A stretch of DNA of 64,000 nucleotides from Deltaproteobacteria bacterium (GCA_016927065.1 JAFGNJ010000028.1:5165-69164), one strand, 5' to 3'; numbered from the stretch's first letter, positions 30,348 to 39,760 are shown. The notes: generated by a model from the letters alone, not told the origin. Program-made: numbers and translations.

Positions 30348-31721
30348 TCATCCTGGAAACAAGTACCCCCACACCTCCCGCAAATCACGGGCACCGATGA
30401 ACTCCATCCCCTTCGTGGGCTTGATCCCCCGGGCGCTGCTGCGGGGGAGGATACAACGCTCGAAGCCCAAGCGGGCCGACTCTGTAACGCGCTGCTCGCC
30501 GAAGCTCACCCCCCTGACTTCCCCGGCCAGCCCCACCTCGCCGAAGACCACCGTGGACGGCGGGACGACGTGATCCAGGTGGCTGGAGGCCACGGCGACC
30601 ACCACCCCCAGATCGACGGCGGGTTCCTCGATCCGCAACCCCCCGGCCACGTTGACGAAGATGTCCTGGTGCGAGAGGTTCATCCCCAGCTTCTTCTCCA
30701 TTACCGCCACCAAGAGGGACAGCCGGTTGTAGTCCACCCCCGTTGCCATCCTCTTGGGCACGGCAAAGGCCGTGGGGGCCACCAGGGCCTGGACCTCCAC
30801 CAGAATGGGCCTGGTCCCTTCCATACTCGCCATGACCGCGCTCCCGGAGGTCCCCTCAGGCCGCTCGGCCAAAAAGATCTCCGAGGGGTTGGCCACCTCC
30901 ACCAATCCTTCCTCCTTCATCTCGAAGACCCCGATCTCATTGGTGGAGCCGAAGCGGTTCTTCACTGCCCTGAGGATGCGGAAGGGGCTGTCCGCGCTGC
31001 GCTCCATGTACAGGACGGTATCCACGATGTGCTCCAGGACCCTCGGGCCGGCAATGGCCCCATCCTTGGTCACGTGCCCTATCAAAAAGGTCGCCACCCC
31101 CAAGCCCTTGGCCAGATAGGTCAGCCTCCCCGAGGTCTCCCGCACTTGGCTGATGCTCCCCGGGGCCGACCCCAATTGGGCGGTATAGATGGACTGGATG
31201 GAATCGACCACCAGGACCTGAGGCTGTATCTCCTCCACACCCTGGATGATCCGCTCCAGTGAGGTCTCCGCAGCCACAAAGAGCTCTGGACTCACCGCCC
31301 CCAGGCGCTTGGCCCGCAGCTTGGTTTGTCTGAGTGACTCCTCAGCGGAGATATAGAGGCACCGCCTCCCTTGGGCAGCTAAGCCATGGAGGCACTGGAA
31401 TATAAGGGTGGACTTCCCTATGCCCGGATCCCCCCCGAGCAGAACCACGGAACCTGCCACGATCCCCCCTCCCAGCACCCGGTTGAACTCCTCCAGACGG
31501 GTGGAGAGCCGCGCCCCCTCTTTCTCCTCCGCCACCTCCCCGATGGCACGGGGACTCTCTTCCCTCCCCCAGCGCTGCCGGACATCCCCCTCAGGGACCT
31601 CCTCCCCGACAAGCTCCTCCACCAGGGTCCCCCATCCCTGGCAATCGGGACATCTGCCCAGCCACTTGGGTGCCTGGTAGCCGCACTGTTGACAGATGAA
31701 AATTGTTTTCGTTTTGGCCAT
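30348..31721 (-). CDS. radA: DNA repair protein RadA/Sms
   Basis: CQQC..CPDC zinc finger, GDPGIGKST, KNRFG, Lon-like C-terminal domain. Confidence 0.97.
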   Translation of the reverse strand: MAKTKTIFICQQCGYQAPKWLGRCPDCQGWGTLVEELVGEEVPEGDVRQRWGREESPRAIGEVAEEKEGARLSTRLEEFNRVLGGGIVAGSVVLLGGDPGIGKSTLIFQCLHGLAAQGRRCLYISAEESLRQTKLRAKRLGAVSPELFVAAETSLERIIQGVEEIQPQVLVVDSIQSIYTAQLGSAPGSISQVRETSGRLTYLAKGLGVATFLIGHVTKDGAIAGPRVLEHIVDTVLYMERSADSPFRILRAVKNRFGSTNEIGVFEMKEEGLVEVANPSEIFLAERPEGTSGSAVMASMEGTRPILVEVQALVAPTAFAVPKRMATGVDYNRLSLLVAVMEKKLGMNLSHQDIFVNVAGGLRIEEPAVDLGVVVAVASSHLDHVVPPSTVVFGEVGLAGEVRGVSFGEQRVTESARLGFERCILPRSSARGIKPTKGMEFIGARDLREVWGYLFPG

Positions 31722-31726
31722 TGTTA

Positions 31727-32494
31727 TCAGTCTTTCGGGGTGAACTTTGACAATGCATTCCCCAGAAGCTGACGGGCCTCCGGGGCATACCATCTTTCTA
31801 GAAACAGCTTGATTTCTTTTTCCAAGTTCGAACGGACCTGGGATTCAATGGGGTGCACTCTGAGGCGTTTATCCGCTCCGAAGGCATCCAGAGAATGCAT
31901 ACCCAGATCACGAATCTTCCTTGCCGTAGCTGATATGACTTCCTCAGAGGAGTATAGCTGATCTACCATACCCATCTCAAGGGCGTCCTCAGGGGGATAC
32001 AGTTCTCCGGAGGAGACTATCTGGCGGGCCTGATCCTCCCCTACTAATTGATTCAGGAGACAATCGGCCAGATAGGTGATAGGCACCTCCAGCTTGCTTT
32101 CGTTCAGCCCCATCACTGTACGTCCCTCGGCCATGAAGCGGTAGTCAGTGCAGAGGGCCAGGATACACCCACCAGCCGTCGCATGGCCGGTGATGGCGGC
32201 TATTGTCGGTTTAGGAAAGGTATACAGGTCAAGACAGAGGTGGTTAAACGCTTGGTAAAAGACCCCAAATTCCTGCTGCGGTAGGGGGTAGAGTTCTGGC
32301 AAGTCAAATCCAATAGAGAAGAATTTATCATTACTGCTGGTCAGCACCAGGCCGTGGACCATTGGATCATCCTTAAACACCTTTAGTGCCTCACCCAGCT
32401 CATCCAGAACTTGTTGGTTGATGGCATTAATGATCCCCCTGTTCAACTGGATCAGGGCGACCCCATCCTGCTGTTTATGACCTATAGTCTCCAA
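31727..32494 (-). CDS. Enoyl-CoA hydratase/isomerase family protein
   Basis: FFSIGFDL, AAITGHATAGG, LCTDYR, GLNE; TTG at 32494 after GGAG SD. Confidence 0.9.
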   Translation of the reverse strand: METIGHKQQDGVALIQLNRGIINAINQQVLDELGEALKVFKDDPMVHGLVLTSSNDKFFSIGFDLPELYPLPQQEFGVFYQAFNHLCLDLYTFPKPTIAAITGHATAGGCILALCTDYRFMAEGRTVMGLNESKLEVPITYLADCLLNQLVGEDQARQIVSSGELYPPEDALEMGMVDQLYSSEEVISATARKIRDLGMHSLDAFGADKRLRVHPIESQVRSNLEKEIKLFLERWYAPEARQLLGNALSKFTPKD

Positions 32495-32637
32495 CCGATT
32501 CTCCGTCTTCTGTATCAATTGGCCTATTCCACCAGAGAAGTCCGGGTTTGTCAAATGTTCATCACAGCATAGAATCTTCTCTTGTGGACGTTTTCCTTTT
32601 GCTGTTACAATAGGCCTTCGCAAACAAGGGGGCAGAG

Positions 32638-32994
32638 ATGACAAAAGAGGCGTTCTTTCACGACTGGTTGGTCTCCTATCTCCAGGGAAGACTAGCGAGA
32701 GACTACAAGGAGATCAAGGCAAACGGAGCGGAGCAGAAGCATGAATTCAACGGACACTATCCCGATCTCATCCTGGCAAACCAGGGGATGGTGGTTGCCA
32801 TCATGGAGGTGGAGACCGAGGGGAGCATCACCCCGGAGCAGGCCGAGCGCTGGAAGGAACTCGCGGGCCTGGGGGCCAAACTCATCCTGATGATCCCGAA
32901 CCATACGCGGCCCAAGGTTATGGACCTGGTATTGCAAAAAGGGCTTGCCGGCAAGGTGGGGGTGGGGAGCTATGAAATCACCATCAAGATGTAA
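32638..32994 (+). CDS. Hypothetical protein, PD-(D/E)xK-like fold suspected
   Basis: YPDLIL...IMEVET pattern, with E in place of the usual K; 118 aa. Confidence 0.6.
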   Translation: MTKEAFFHDWLVSYLQGRLARDYKEIKANGAEQKHEFNGHYPDLILANQGMVVAIMEVETEGSITPEQAERWKELAGLGAKLILMIPNHTRPKVMDLVLQKGLAGKVGVGSYEITIKM

Positions 32995-33036
32995 CGATAC
33001 TATTCCCCTGGTCCTGTGTGTTAAGGGATTTTCAGC

Positions 33037-34335
33037 GTGAGATGTATCCTTGTCATCCTAGACGGGTTGGGAGATAGAGCCCACTCTGTCTTAAAAAATC
33101 GTACCCCCCTCCAAGCGGCCCACACCCCCCACCTTGATCAGCTTGCCACCATGGGGATGAATGGTCTCTATCATCCCTACGTGCAGGGCATCCCACTCTC
33201 CAGCGAGATCGCCCACTTTCTCATCTTCGGCTACGATCTCGAAGAGTTTCCCGGGCGCGGTTATATCGAGGCAGTAGGGAGTGGCATTGAGATAGACGAC
33301 ACGGAGGTGGTGCTTCTCTGTCATTTTTGCAGTGTCATTAAAGAGAATAACAAGCTCATCCTGGACAAGGAACGCCCGCCAGTAACCGATTCAGAACGTG
33401 CAATTCTCTTGGAAGAAGTGACCCCCTATAAAGTTGGTGATATCACCATACGTTTTGTGTCCACGAAGGGAGCCGACGGTTTTCTGGTCCTTTCGGGGAA
33501 GACATCCCCTAATATCACTGACAGCAACCCCATAACTGAGGGTCTTCCGTTGATCTCGGTACAACCTTTAGACCCCAGCCCAGAAGCGCGCCAGACAGCT
33601 AAGGGGCTCAATCACTATTTCCGATGGCTTTATCAGAAGCTCTCATTCCATTCTATTAACAGCGACCGGAAAAAGAAAAACCTGCCGCCGATCAACATCC
33701 TGGCCACCCAGCGGGCCGGCAGAAAAAAAACACTTGAACCCTTTTTCGAGAAGTGGGGCCTCAGGGGGCTCTCCATTGCCGCCGGTCCCCTCTACTGGGG
33801 GTTGTGCCAGGAGATTGGGATGGATGTAATTAAAGAAAAGGAAAGCAACGATCCTGAAAAAGACCTCAAGGAGCGGCTGCGGCAGGCCCATGAGGCCCGG
33901 ACGTACGACTTCATCCACGTCCACACCAAGATGCCTGATGAGGCGGCTCATACCAAAGATTCATATTATAAAAGTGAAGTAATAGAAGCCCTAGATCGTG
34001 CCATGGTCTCTGCCGTGCAAAAAATGATGCCCGACCCAGAGACCTTACTGGTGGTGACGGCGGACCACTCCACACCAAGTTCCGGTGCGATGATCCATTC
34101 CGGGGAAACCGTCCCCCTCACCATGGTGGGGAGATATCCGCGTCGGGACACAGTAACGGCCTTCAATGAGATCGACTGTGCCTTGGGTGGTCTCGGTCCT
34201 ATCAGAGGAAAAGAACTTATGTATCTTATCCTCAACTTCCTCGATCGCGCCAAGATGAAGGGCCTCATGGATACCACCATCGATCAGCCATATACCCCGG
34301 GACACTATCGGCCCTTGACCCTTGAAGGAGAATAG
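33037..34335 (+). CDS. apgM: Archaeal-type cofactor-independent phosphoglycerate mutase family (AlkP superfamily)
   Basis: LDGLGD, TPLQAA.TP.LD, LSSEIAH (phospho-Ser), PGRG, PDEAAH, TADHSTP, HSGETVP. Confidence 0.85.
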   Translation: MRCILVILDGLGDRAHSVLKNRTPLQAAHTPHLDQLATMGMNGLYHPYVQGIPLSSEIAHFLIFGYDLEEFPGRGYIEAVGSGIEIDDTEVVLLCHFCSVIKENNKLILDKERPPVTDSERAILLEEVTPYKVGDITIRFVSTKGADGFLVLSGKTSPNITDSNPITEGLPLISVQPLDPSPEARQTAKGLNHYFRWLYQKLSFHSINSDRKKKNLPPINILATQRAGRKKTLEPFFEKWGLRGLSIAAGPLYWGLCQEIGMDVIKEKESNDPEKDLKERLRQAHEARTYDFIHVHTKMPDEAAHTKDSYYKSEVIEALDRAMVSAVQKMMPDPETLLVVTADHSTPSSGAMIHSGETVPLTMVGRYPRRDTVTAFNEIDCALGGLGPIRGKELMYLILNFLDRAKMKGLMDTTIDQPYTPGHYRPLTLEGE

Positions 34336-34337
34336 CC

Positions 34338-35174
34338 GTGGAAATGACACAGGCGCTCGCGCTACTGAGCCAAAAACCGGAACTCGTCACCACCTTTCCG
34401 GAATGGCTCCTTCCTTCCACCCTCATCGCCAATTTGAAAAATATGGAGGGGGTGGCCCTGGCTGAGATCGCGGGCAGGGACAGCGTTGCTGCGGTCCTGA
34501 AGGCCACTGAAGAGCACCCCATCAAGAGCGTACTCCCCACTATCGCCTATACCGGTACTGAGTTCGGGGATTGGGAGCGGGCTGTTGCAACATCCCGTTT
34601 TGTAGCCGAACGGCTTCAAGGGAGTGGAGTTGTGGTCTTCGATCCGTTATTCCTTGGGTCCCCGCGATTCTGGTGGCTCCTCTGTGGGAGGTACATTTCA
34701 GCGCTCTTTGGCCGTTTCGGGTTTTACACCCCCTGTCTCGGATGCCACCTTTATTTTCACGCCCTGCGCATCCCCTTAGCCAGACTCACCGGGGCCTCAT
34801 ATATCATTAGCGGCGAGCGTGAACGGCATGATGGCCACGTGAAGCTAAACCAGGTAGCTCCGGCGCTCGATGTTTATAGGGAGTTTGTGGGCCGTTTTGA
34901 TGTCGAGTTGCTTTTGCTGCTGCGTGATATTCACTCCGGGAAGGAGATTGAACGGATTATAGGTCAGCAATGGCAGGAAGGACGGGGACAACTTGAGTGC
35001 ATATTGAGCAAAAACTATCAGGATGAAAACGGGGTCATGTCCTATGACGAGGAGGCCCTCAGACGCTTTTTTAAAGAATTTGCCTTTCCCATAGCCGAAG
35101 AGGTGGTCCGCGCCTATATCGAGGGGGAAAGTCCAGATTTTGAAACCCTTGCCAACGCTATTCAGCTCACATAA
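34338..35174 (+). CDS. Uncharacterised PP-loop/adenine nucleotide alpha-hydrolase-like protein
   Basis: EIAGRDS (degenerate SGGxDS), TPCLGCH, IISGER in ThiI/MnmA-like order. Confidence 0.6.
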   Translation: MEMTQALALLSQKPELVTTFPEWLLPSTLIANLKNMEGVALAEIAGRDSVAAVLKATEEHPIKSVLPTIAYTGTEFGDWERAVATSRFVAERLQGSGVVVFDPLFLGSPRFWWLLCGRYISALFGRFGFYTPCLGCHLYFHALRIPLARLTGASYIISGERERHDGHVKLNQVAPALDVYREFVGRFDVELLLLLRDIHSGKEIERIIGQQWQEGRGQLECILSKNYQDENGVMSYDEEALRRFFKEFAFPIAEEVVRAYIEGESPDFETLANAIQLT

Positions 35175-35375
35175 GCTTGATAAAATCAAACGGCCTGGGC
35201 AACATTATTCTTCGCTCCGGGCAATACGGTTTTCTTAATGGCAAGAGATCTTTGGGCCTTCGTACGCCGCTAACTATTAAGAAGGATCACGAGTTATGCT
35301 GAGTTTATTAAGTGCTTTTGCCTTTTATCTACAATAATTATTAGTCGATTAATACAATGTCTAGATGTCCTTTCT

Positions 35376-36605
35376 TCATCGCTGTGATGCGTTCTTGAGG
35401 CAGACGTAGAACAAGATTGTGGTGATACTTGCCAAACCGGCAAGACTGAACCATGTGGGCTGGTAGCGACCCCACGTGTCAAATACCCAACCGGCTAGAG
35501 GTGCACCGGCAATCATACCCAGCATCATGACCCCACTGGTCAAGCCAGCCAGTGTACTTAACCTTTCCCTGCCGAAATACTCCTTTAATAACCCATTCAA
35601 TATGGGGACACCGCCCCCCCATCCTATAGCATAAAAGATAATAAATACTCCAATCAACCAGGCCCGATCAGTAGATAACAAGCCAAAAATGAAAAGGCCG
35701 AAGGCGGTGAGTGCAAAGGCCAGGGTTGCGACGGTTTTTTTATCAATTCGATCTCCCAGCCAACCAAAGCCCACGCGGCCTATGATGGTCATCATCGGTA
35801 GTGCTGCTGCTATGAACTTTGAGGTTGATCGCTCTATGCCAATAGTGCTGAGATACGGCATGATATGGGTGACCACGGCGCTGAGCGGCAGCATTTGAAA
35901 GAGGAAGGCTATTGCGATAATCCAAAAGGACCGACTGGCCAGCGCCTCTTTGGCACCGACCTTGACCCCTTCGCTTTTGAGCGGAAACGTATGTGCAGGA
36001 TTAAAAGCAGACTTCCTTTTCTCACCATCAGGGAGATAACCGTATTGTTCTGGTTTGTGCCGAAGGAACAGTGACAATGGTACGGGTACAACCCACATTC
36101 CCAATCCTGTGATAAGCATGGCCTGCCGCCACCCAAAGGTATCGGTTAGCTCGGTGATAAGGGGTATAAGGATGCCTCCTAAAGAGACCCCGCTGGCGGC
36201 AATTCCCATAGCTAATCCCATATTTTTATGGAACCAGTTCGCTACCGTTGCCATTAATAATGTGCTAGACGCAGCGCTTGCCCCTGCAGCGATAAGGATA
36301 AAGCAGGCATAGAACATGGTGAGTGTGTGGATGTGACTCAGGAGTACGAGGCCAAGACCACTCAAGAGAGCCCCACAAAAGACCACGCAGCGAGCCCCCC
36401 AGCGATCCATGAGCATACCCGCAACCGGTGCGAGAAGCCCTACCTCAACACCGCGCAGGGAAGTCGCAAAAGATACCTGTGTATAGCTCCAGTTGAATTC
36501 TTTCACTATTGGTTCAAAGACCGCAGTGAACCCCAGATTAATAGACCCGCTGATATAGAGCGAAATCAGACAGCAGGAGCCGACGATGTACCATCCATAG
36601 AACAC
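35376..36605 (-). CDS. MFS transporter (OFA/monocarboxylate-like), copy 2
   Basis: FYGW start, GMLMDRWG, GWLGDRID; clear paralog of 19158-20396. Confidence 0.92.
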   Translation of the reverse strand: MFYGWYIVGSCCLISLYISGSINLGFTAVFEPIVKEFNWSYTQVSFATSLRGVEVGLLAPVAGMLMDRWGARCVVFCGALLSGLGLVLLSHIHTLTMFYACFILIAAGASAASSTLLMATVANWFHKNMGLAMGIAASGVSLGGILIPLITELTDTFGWRQAMLITGLGMWVVPVPLSLFLRHKPEQYGYLPDGEKRKSAFNPAHTFPLKSEGVKVGAKEALASRSFWIIAIAFLFQMLPLSAVVTHIMPYLSTIGIERSTSKFIAAALPMMTIIGRVGFGWLGDRIDKKTVATLAFALTAFGLFIFGLLSTDRAWLIGVFIIFYAIGWGGGVPILNGLLKEYFGRERLSTLAGLTSGVMMLGMIAGAPLAGWVFDTWGRYQPTWFSLAGLASITTILFYVCLKNASQR

Positions 36606-36754
36606 GTATACTTCCTCTGGTATTAGTGCCTTACAAGACGGCCGAATAGATTTTTTTCTTCGATGAGTCCTTATTTTTCTAGAGGTCTTACGATGGAACC
36701 AATAAGGCCTGGCTCATTGACCCATGTCTCACACTGTTTTTTGCGGGGGAGTTG

Positions 36755-38104
36755 TCACGTGTTGGAAGCTCCGTATTCTTTGGCCGCTTCGATCATCGCC
36801 TTGACATTTGCCGCCTTCGCGCCTGACATGCCGGCACCTGTTGCAAATATATACCCGCCGTTTTTTCCTACGCTTTCGATCAACTGTTTGCAGTGTGCCC
36901 TTACCTCATCTGGGGTGCCGGTGATCAAAAGATCAATAGGGAAGTTTCCCGAGATACAAGCTACGCGTCCCACCGTCTCTTTGGCCTTAACCATATCAGT
37001 TCGATCGAACAACCAAAGCGCCTTTCCCTTCGGGAGGTCTGAAATGATATCAAGCCGCTGGTTGTAACTGCCCTCGGCAAAAAGGTGAGGGACCATGCCC
37101 TCGTTGATAAGGCCAATAATGAGTTTACGGAGGGTCGGCCAATAGAAGGTTTGAAATTGTTCGTCGGACAGGAAACCGTCGGCTCCCTTGTGAAGGGGGA
37201 TCAAGGGCATGAGATGGCCACTGGCCCGGCAGGCATTCACCCCGGCTTTCACCATAATTGGCGTCAGACGCTCACAGGCCTCTTTCAATTCATCCGGGCA
37301 GCGAAAAATATCCAGCATCACCCCCTTGGTTCCTCGAAGGCTGTCGCCGATCGTATCAAAGGGGGCCTTGGTGAAACCTCCTCCAAAAGCTGGGATTCCC
37401 TTTTTGCCCATGATGTTCCTACTAAGTTTACCGACCGCGGTTCGAAACCTCAGGGCCTCGTCTCCGGCCTTCATGAGGGCTTGTAAAGCACTTTTCATAT
37501 CCTCGTCACTAAAGGGGATTACAGCGGGAGGAACACACAGGATTTCGTGGACAATCGGAAGCACGGGATATTTTTGAAGCCCTGTGAGCGCACCAAAGAT
37601 TCGGGGGAAATAGCTGTTTTGGAAGAAGGCGGTAGGGTCATCAATTAAGTCCTGGTATTCTTCCGCCTTCATGTATTCATCCTCCACAAACTGGTACTCT
37701 TGTTCTTTAGCGACACCGTGCCCCGCCCACGCAAAGAGTTTAAAATCCAGTATATCGAGCATCTTGCCCGACACGAGACTTGCCGGGCCGTTATAGACAT
37801 CCGTCATGAACTCATCTTGGTATTCCTCAATGACCTTGGTGAGCGCCTCGTAGTTATACATGGCTTCGTACATGGTGATCTTGGAATTCTGGATGGGGAA
37901 ACAACTTGGTGAAGGGCAGACAGGAATACGGCTTGGTTTCTTCTTGAGCTGTATCGCATCTTTAATCAAGGTGACCCGTTCCTGGTAAGCGGCCTTCGTA
38001 TCGTTATCGACAAAGGGAATGCCCTCCCCCGAACGCCAAATATTGAACCGCTCTTCCTGCTTCTCGTCTGCATCGGGCGAGATTTCAATAAATCGCTCTT
38101 TCAT
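36755..38104 (-). CDS. Uroporphyrinogen decarboxylase-family protein (probable substrate:corrinoid methyltransferase)
   Basis: APFDTIGDSLRG, PLHKGADGFLS..QF..FYWP, FAEG, CISGN, GTPDEV, GGYI; co-operonic with corrinoid protein. Confidence 0.85.
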   Translation of the reverse strand: MKERFIEISPDADEKQEERFNIWRSGEGIPFVDNDTKAAYQERVTLIKDAIQLKKKPSRIPVCPSPSCFPIQNSKITMYEAMYNYEALTKVIEEYQDEFMTDVYNGPASLVSGKMLDILDFKLFAWAGHGVAKEQEYQFVEDEYMKAEEYQDLIDDPTAFFQNSYFPRIFGALTGLQKYPVLPIVHEILCVPPAVIPFSDEDMKSALQALMKAGDEALRFRTAVGKLSRNIMGKKGIPAFGGGFTKAPFDTIGDSLRGTKGVMLDIFRCPDELKEACERLTPIMVKAGVNACRASGHLMPLIPLHKGADGFLSDEQFQTFYWPTLRKLIIGLINEGMVPHLFAEGSYNQRLDIISDLPKGKALWLFDRTDMVKAKETVGRVACISGNFPIDLLITGTPDEVRAHCKQLIESVGKNGGYIFATGAGMSGAKAANVKAMIEAAKEYGASNT

Positions 38105-38105
38105 G

Positions 38106-38738
38106 CTATTTTCCCCCTATCCATTGTTTTGCGAGGTTGACACCCGCTATGGCGTTAGGACCGAGGGCATCGGCACCGGTGTAGTCTTTTACCTGTTCAG
38201 TTACCTGGCCTCCGCCGATCATGATTTTGACCTTTTCTCGTAGTCCAGCCTTTTCAATAGCCTCTACCGTCTCCTTCATTGAATCAAAGGCAAGGGACAA
38301 CAATCCACTCATCCCGACAACCTGGGGTTGAAATTCTTGGATACTCTCCACAAATTTTTCCGGGGGCTGGTCGATCCCGATATCCCTCACCTCAAAACCA
38401 TTGACTTCAAGGAGAAATGTCACGATATTCTTGCCGATATCGTGAATATCTCCCTTGACCGTTCCTATGAGGACTCTCCTCTTTTCGGTAGTGCTCTTTT
38501 CTTCCTTGATCAGGGGCTTGATAATATCGGATATCTGTTTCAGCATCTCTCCCGCCATCATGAGATGGGGGAGAAAATACTCCCCTTTCTCAAAACGCTG
38601 GCCTACCTTCTCCATGGCCTTGGAACAGGCATCGAGAATATCCATGGGGTCGGTTCCAGAATCCAGCAATTGCTTTGCTTGTTGCAGGGCTTCCGTTTCC
38701 TGCATTTCCACCAGGGCATGAATTAACTTATCCGTCAT
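38106..38738 (-). CDS. Corrinoid (B12-binding) protein
   Basis: M..VG.RF..GEYFLP cap; GTVKGDIHDIGKNIV (DxHxxG), SGL, IGGG; AGGAG SD. Confidence 0.95.
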   Translation of the reverse strand: MTDKLIHALVEMQETEALQQAKQLLDSGTDPMDILDACSKAMEKVGQRFEKGEYFLPHLMMAGEMLKQISDIIKPLIKEEKSTTEKRRVLIGTVKGDIHDIGKNIVTFLLEVNGFEVRDIGIDQPPEKFVESIQEFQPQVVGMSGLLSLAFDSMKETVEAIEKAGLREKVKIMIGGGQVTEQVKDYTGADALGPNAIAGVNLAKQWIGGK

Positions 38739-38834
38739 GAATGGTCTCCTTTCTATATAGCGGCATAGCGGCAAGATAAAACATAGAAAAAGATTTATCT
38801 ATAAAATCCATACAATCCTCTTGGACAAAGAATT

Positions 38835-39644
38835 TCAACATACGATTTTTCCTGCTTTATGGGCATTAATGAAATTCATGCAAAAATTGTCCCTTCCGAC
38901 CAAGGCCTCCGCAGCAAGGACATTGGCCATCATCTGCTTATCGAGGGGATCAAGGATGGCCGCGTCAAGCCCTTTTGCGATAGCCATGGCCATGAAGGTA
39001 CGATTGAGGAATTTTCTTTGGGGGAGTCCATAGGAAACGTTGGATAAACCGCATATAGTGTGGATGCCGGAGAAACGAGACATGATCTGTTCAACGGATT
39101 TCAGAAACTCTCTTCCGAATGTTTGGTCCGTAGCCACAGGCTGCACAAGAGGGTCGACGTAGATATTTTCTAGTTTTATTTTATGGTCGAGCAGGAAATT
39201 GACAAGCTCTTCGGCGATCCTTATCCGGTCATCGGCCGTCCTCGGCATACCCTCATCACTCATACAGAGGGCGACCACCTTGAAGTCGTTAGCGGTCACG
39301 ACGGGGAGCAGCTTTTCACACCGCTCTTTTTCCAAAGAGATGGAATTGATCATGGGGATTCCCTTATGGACCTTCAACGCGGCCTCGAGGGCTGCCGGAT
39401 TCGGACTATCAAGGCAGCAGGGGAGTTCTACGGCCTCCTGAACGGTTTGAACGAGCCAGGTCAGGTATTCTATCTCTCGATCCTGGAAAGATCCTGCATT
39501 GACGTCGATGTATCGGGCGCCTGCATTCGCCTGATCTTTAGCGATCTGCTGGATCGAAGCCCTATCCCCGGCCTCGATAGCGGCGGCGATCGCCTTACGG
39601 GTGGAATTGATGAGTTCTCCGACGATAAGCATTTTCTTTGCCAC
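38835..39644 (-). CDS. Methyltetrahydrofolate:corrinoid methyltransferase (AcsE/MT2-like pterin-binding)
   Basis: VGELIN, YIDVNAG, CLDS, MINSIS, YVDPLV, GLSNVSYGLP, GLDAAILDP. Confidence 0.92.
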   Translation of the reverse strand: MAKKMLIVGELINSTRKAIAAAIEAGDRASIQQIAKDQANAGARYIDVNAGSFQDREIEYLTWLVQTVQEAVELPCCLDSPNPAALEAALKVHKGIPMINSISLEKERCEKLLPVVTANDFKVVALCMSDEGMPRTADDRIRIAEELVNFLLDHKIKLENIYVDPLVQPVATDQTFGREFLKSVEQIMSRFSGIHTICGLSNVSYGLPQRKFLNRTFMAMAIAKGLDAAILDPLDKQMMANVLAAEALVGRDNFCMNFINAHKAGKIVC

Positions 39645-39701
39645 CCTTGAGAAAGAATGTTAGTGGTATAATATTTCTGTACATCTTAAAAAAGATTCAC
39701 A

Positions 39702-39725
39702 ATTATACCAACCGGTAGGTATAAT
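39702..39725. promoter_or_regulatory. 24-bp palindromic operator
   Basis: ATTATACCAACCGGTAGGTATAAT: 11 of 12 symmetric pairs match. Confidence 0.75.
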
Positions 39726-39731
39726 ATGGAA

Positions 39732-39760
39732 AAATTAACACACTTTTGCTCATTAGTCAA
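39732..39760 (-). promoter_or_regulatory. sigma70-type promoter for the methyltransferase operon
   Basis: Minus strand TTGACT, 17 nt, TAATTT; predicted TSS near 39725. Confidence 0.6.

Noticed and set aside
36755-39644. Selenocysteine or pyrrolysine read-through in the methyltransferase genes
   Set aside because: All stops fall at natural domain ends with the next gene or a spacer following; no interrupted domain is seen
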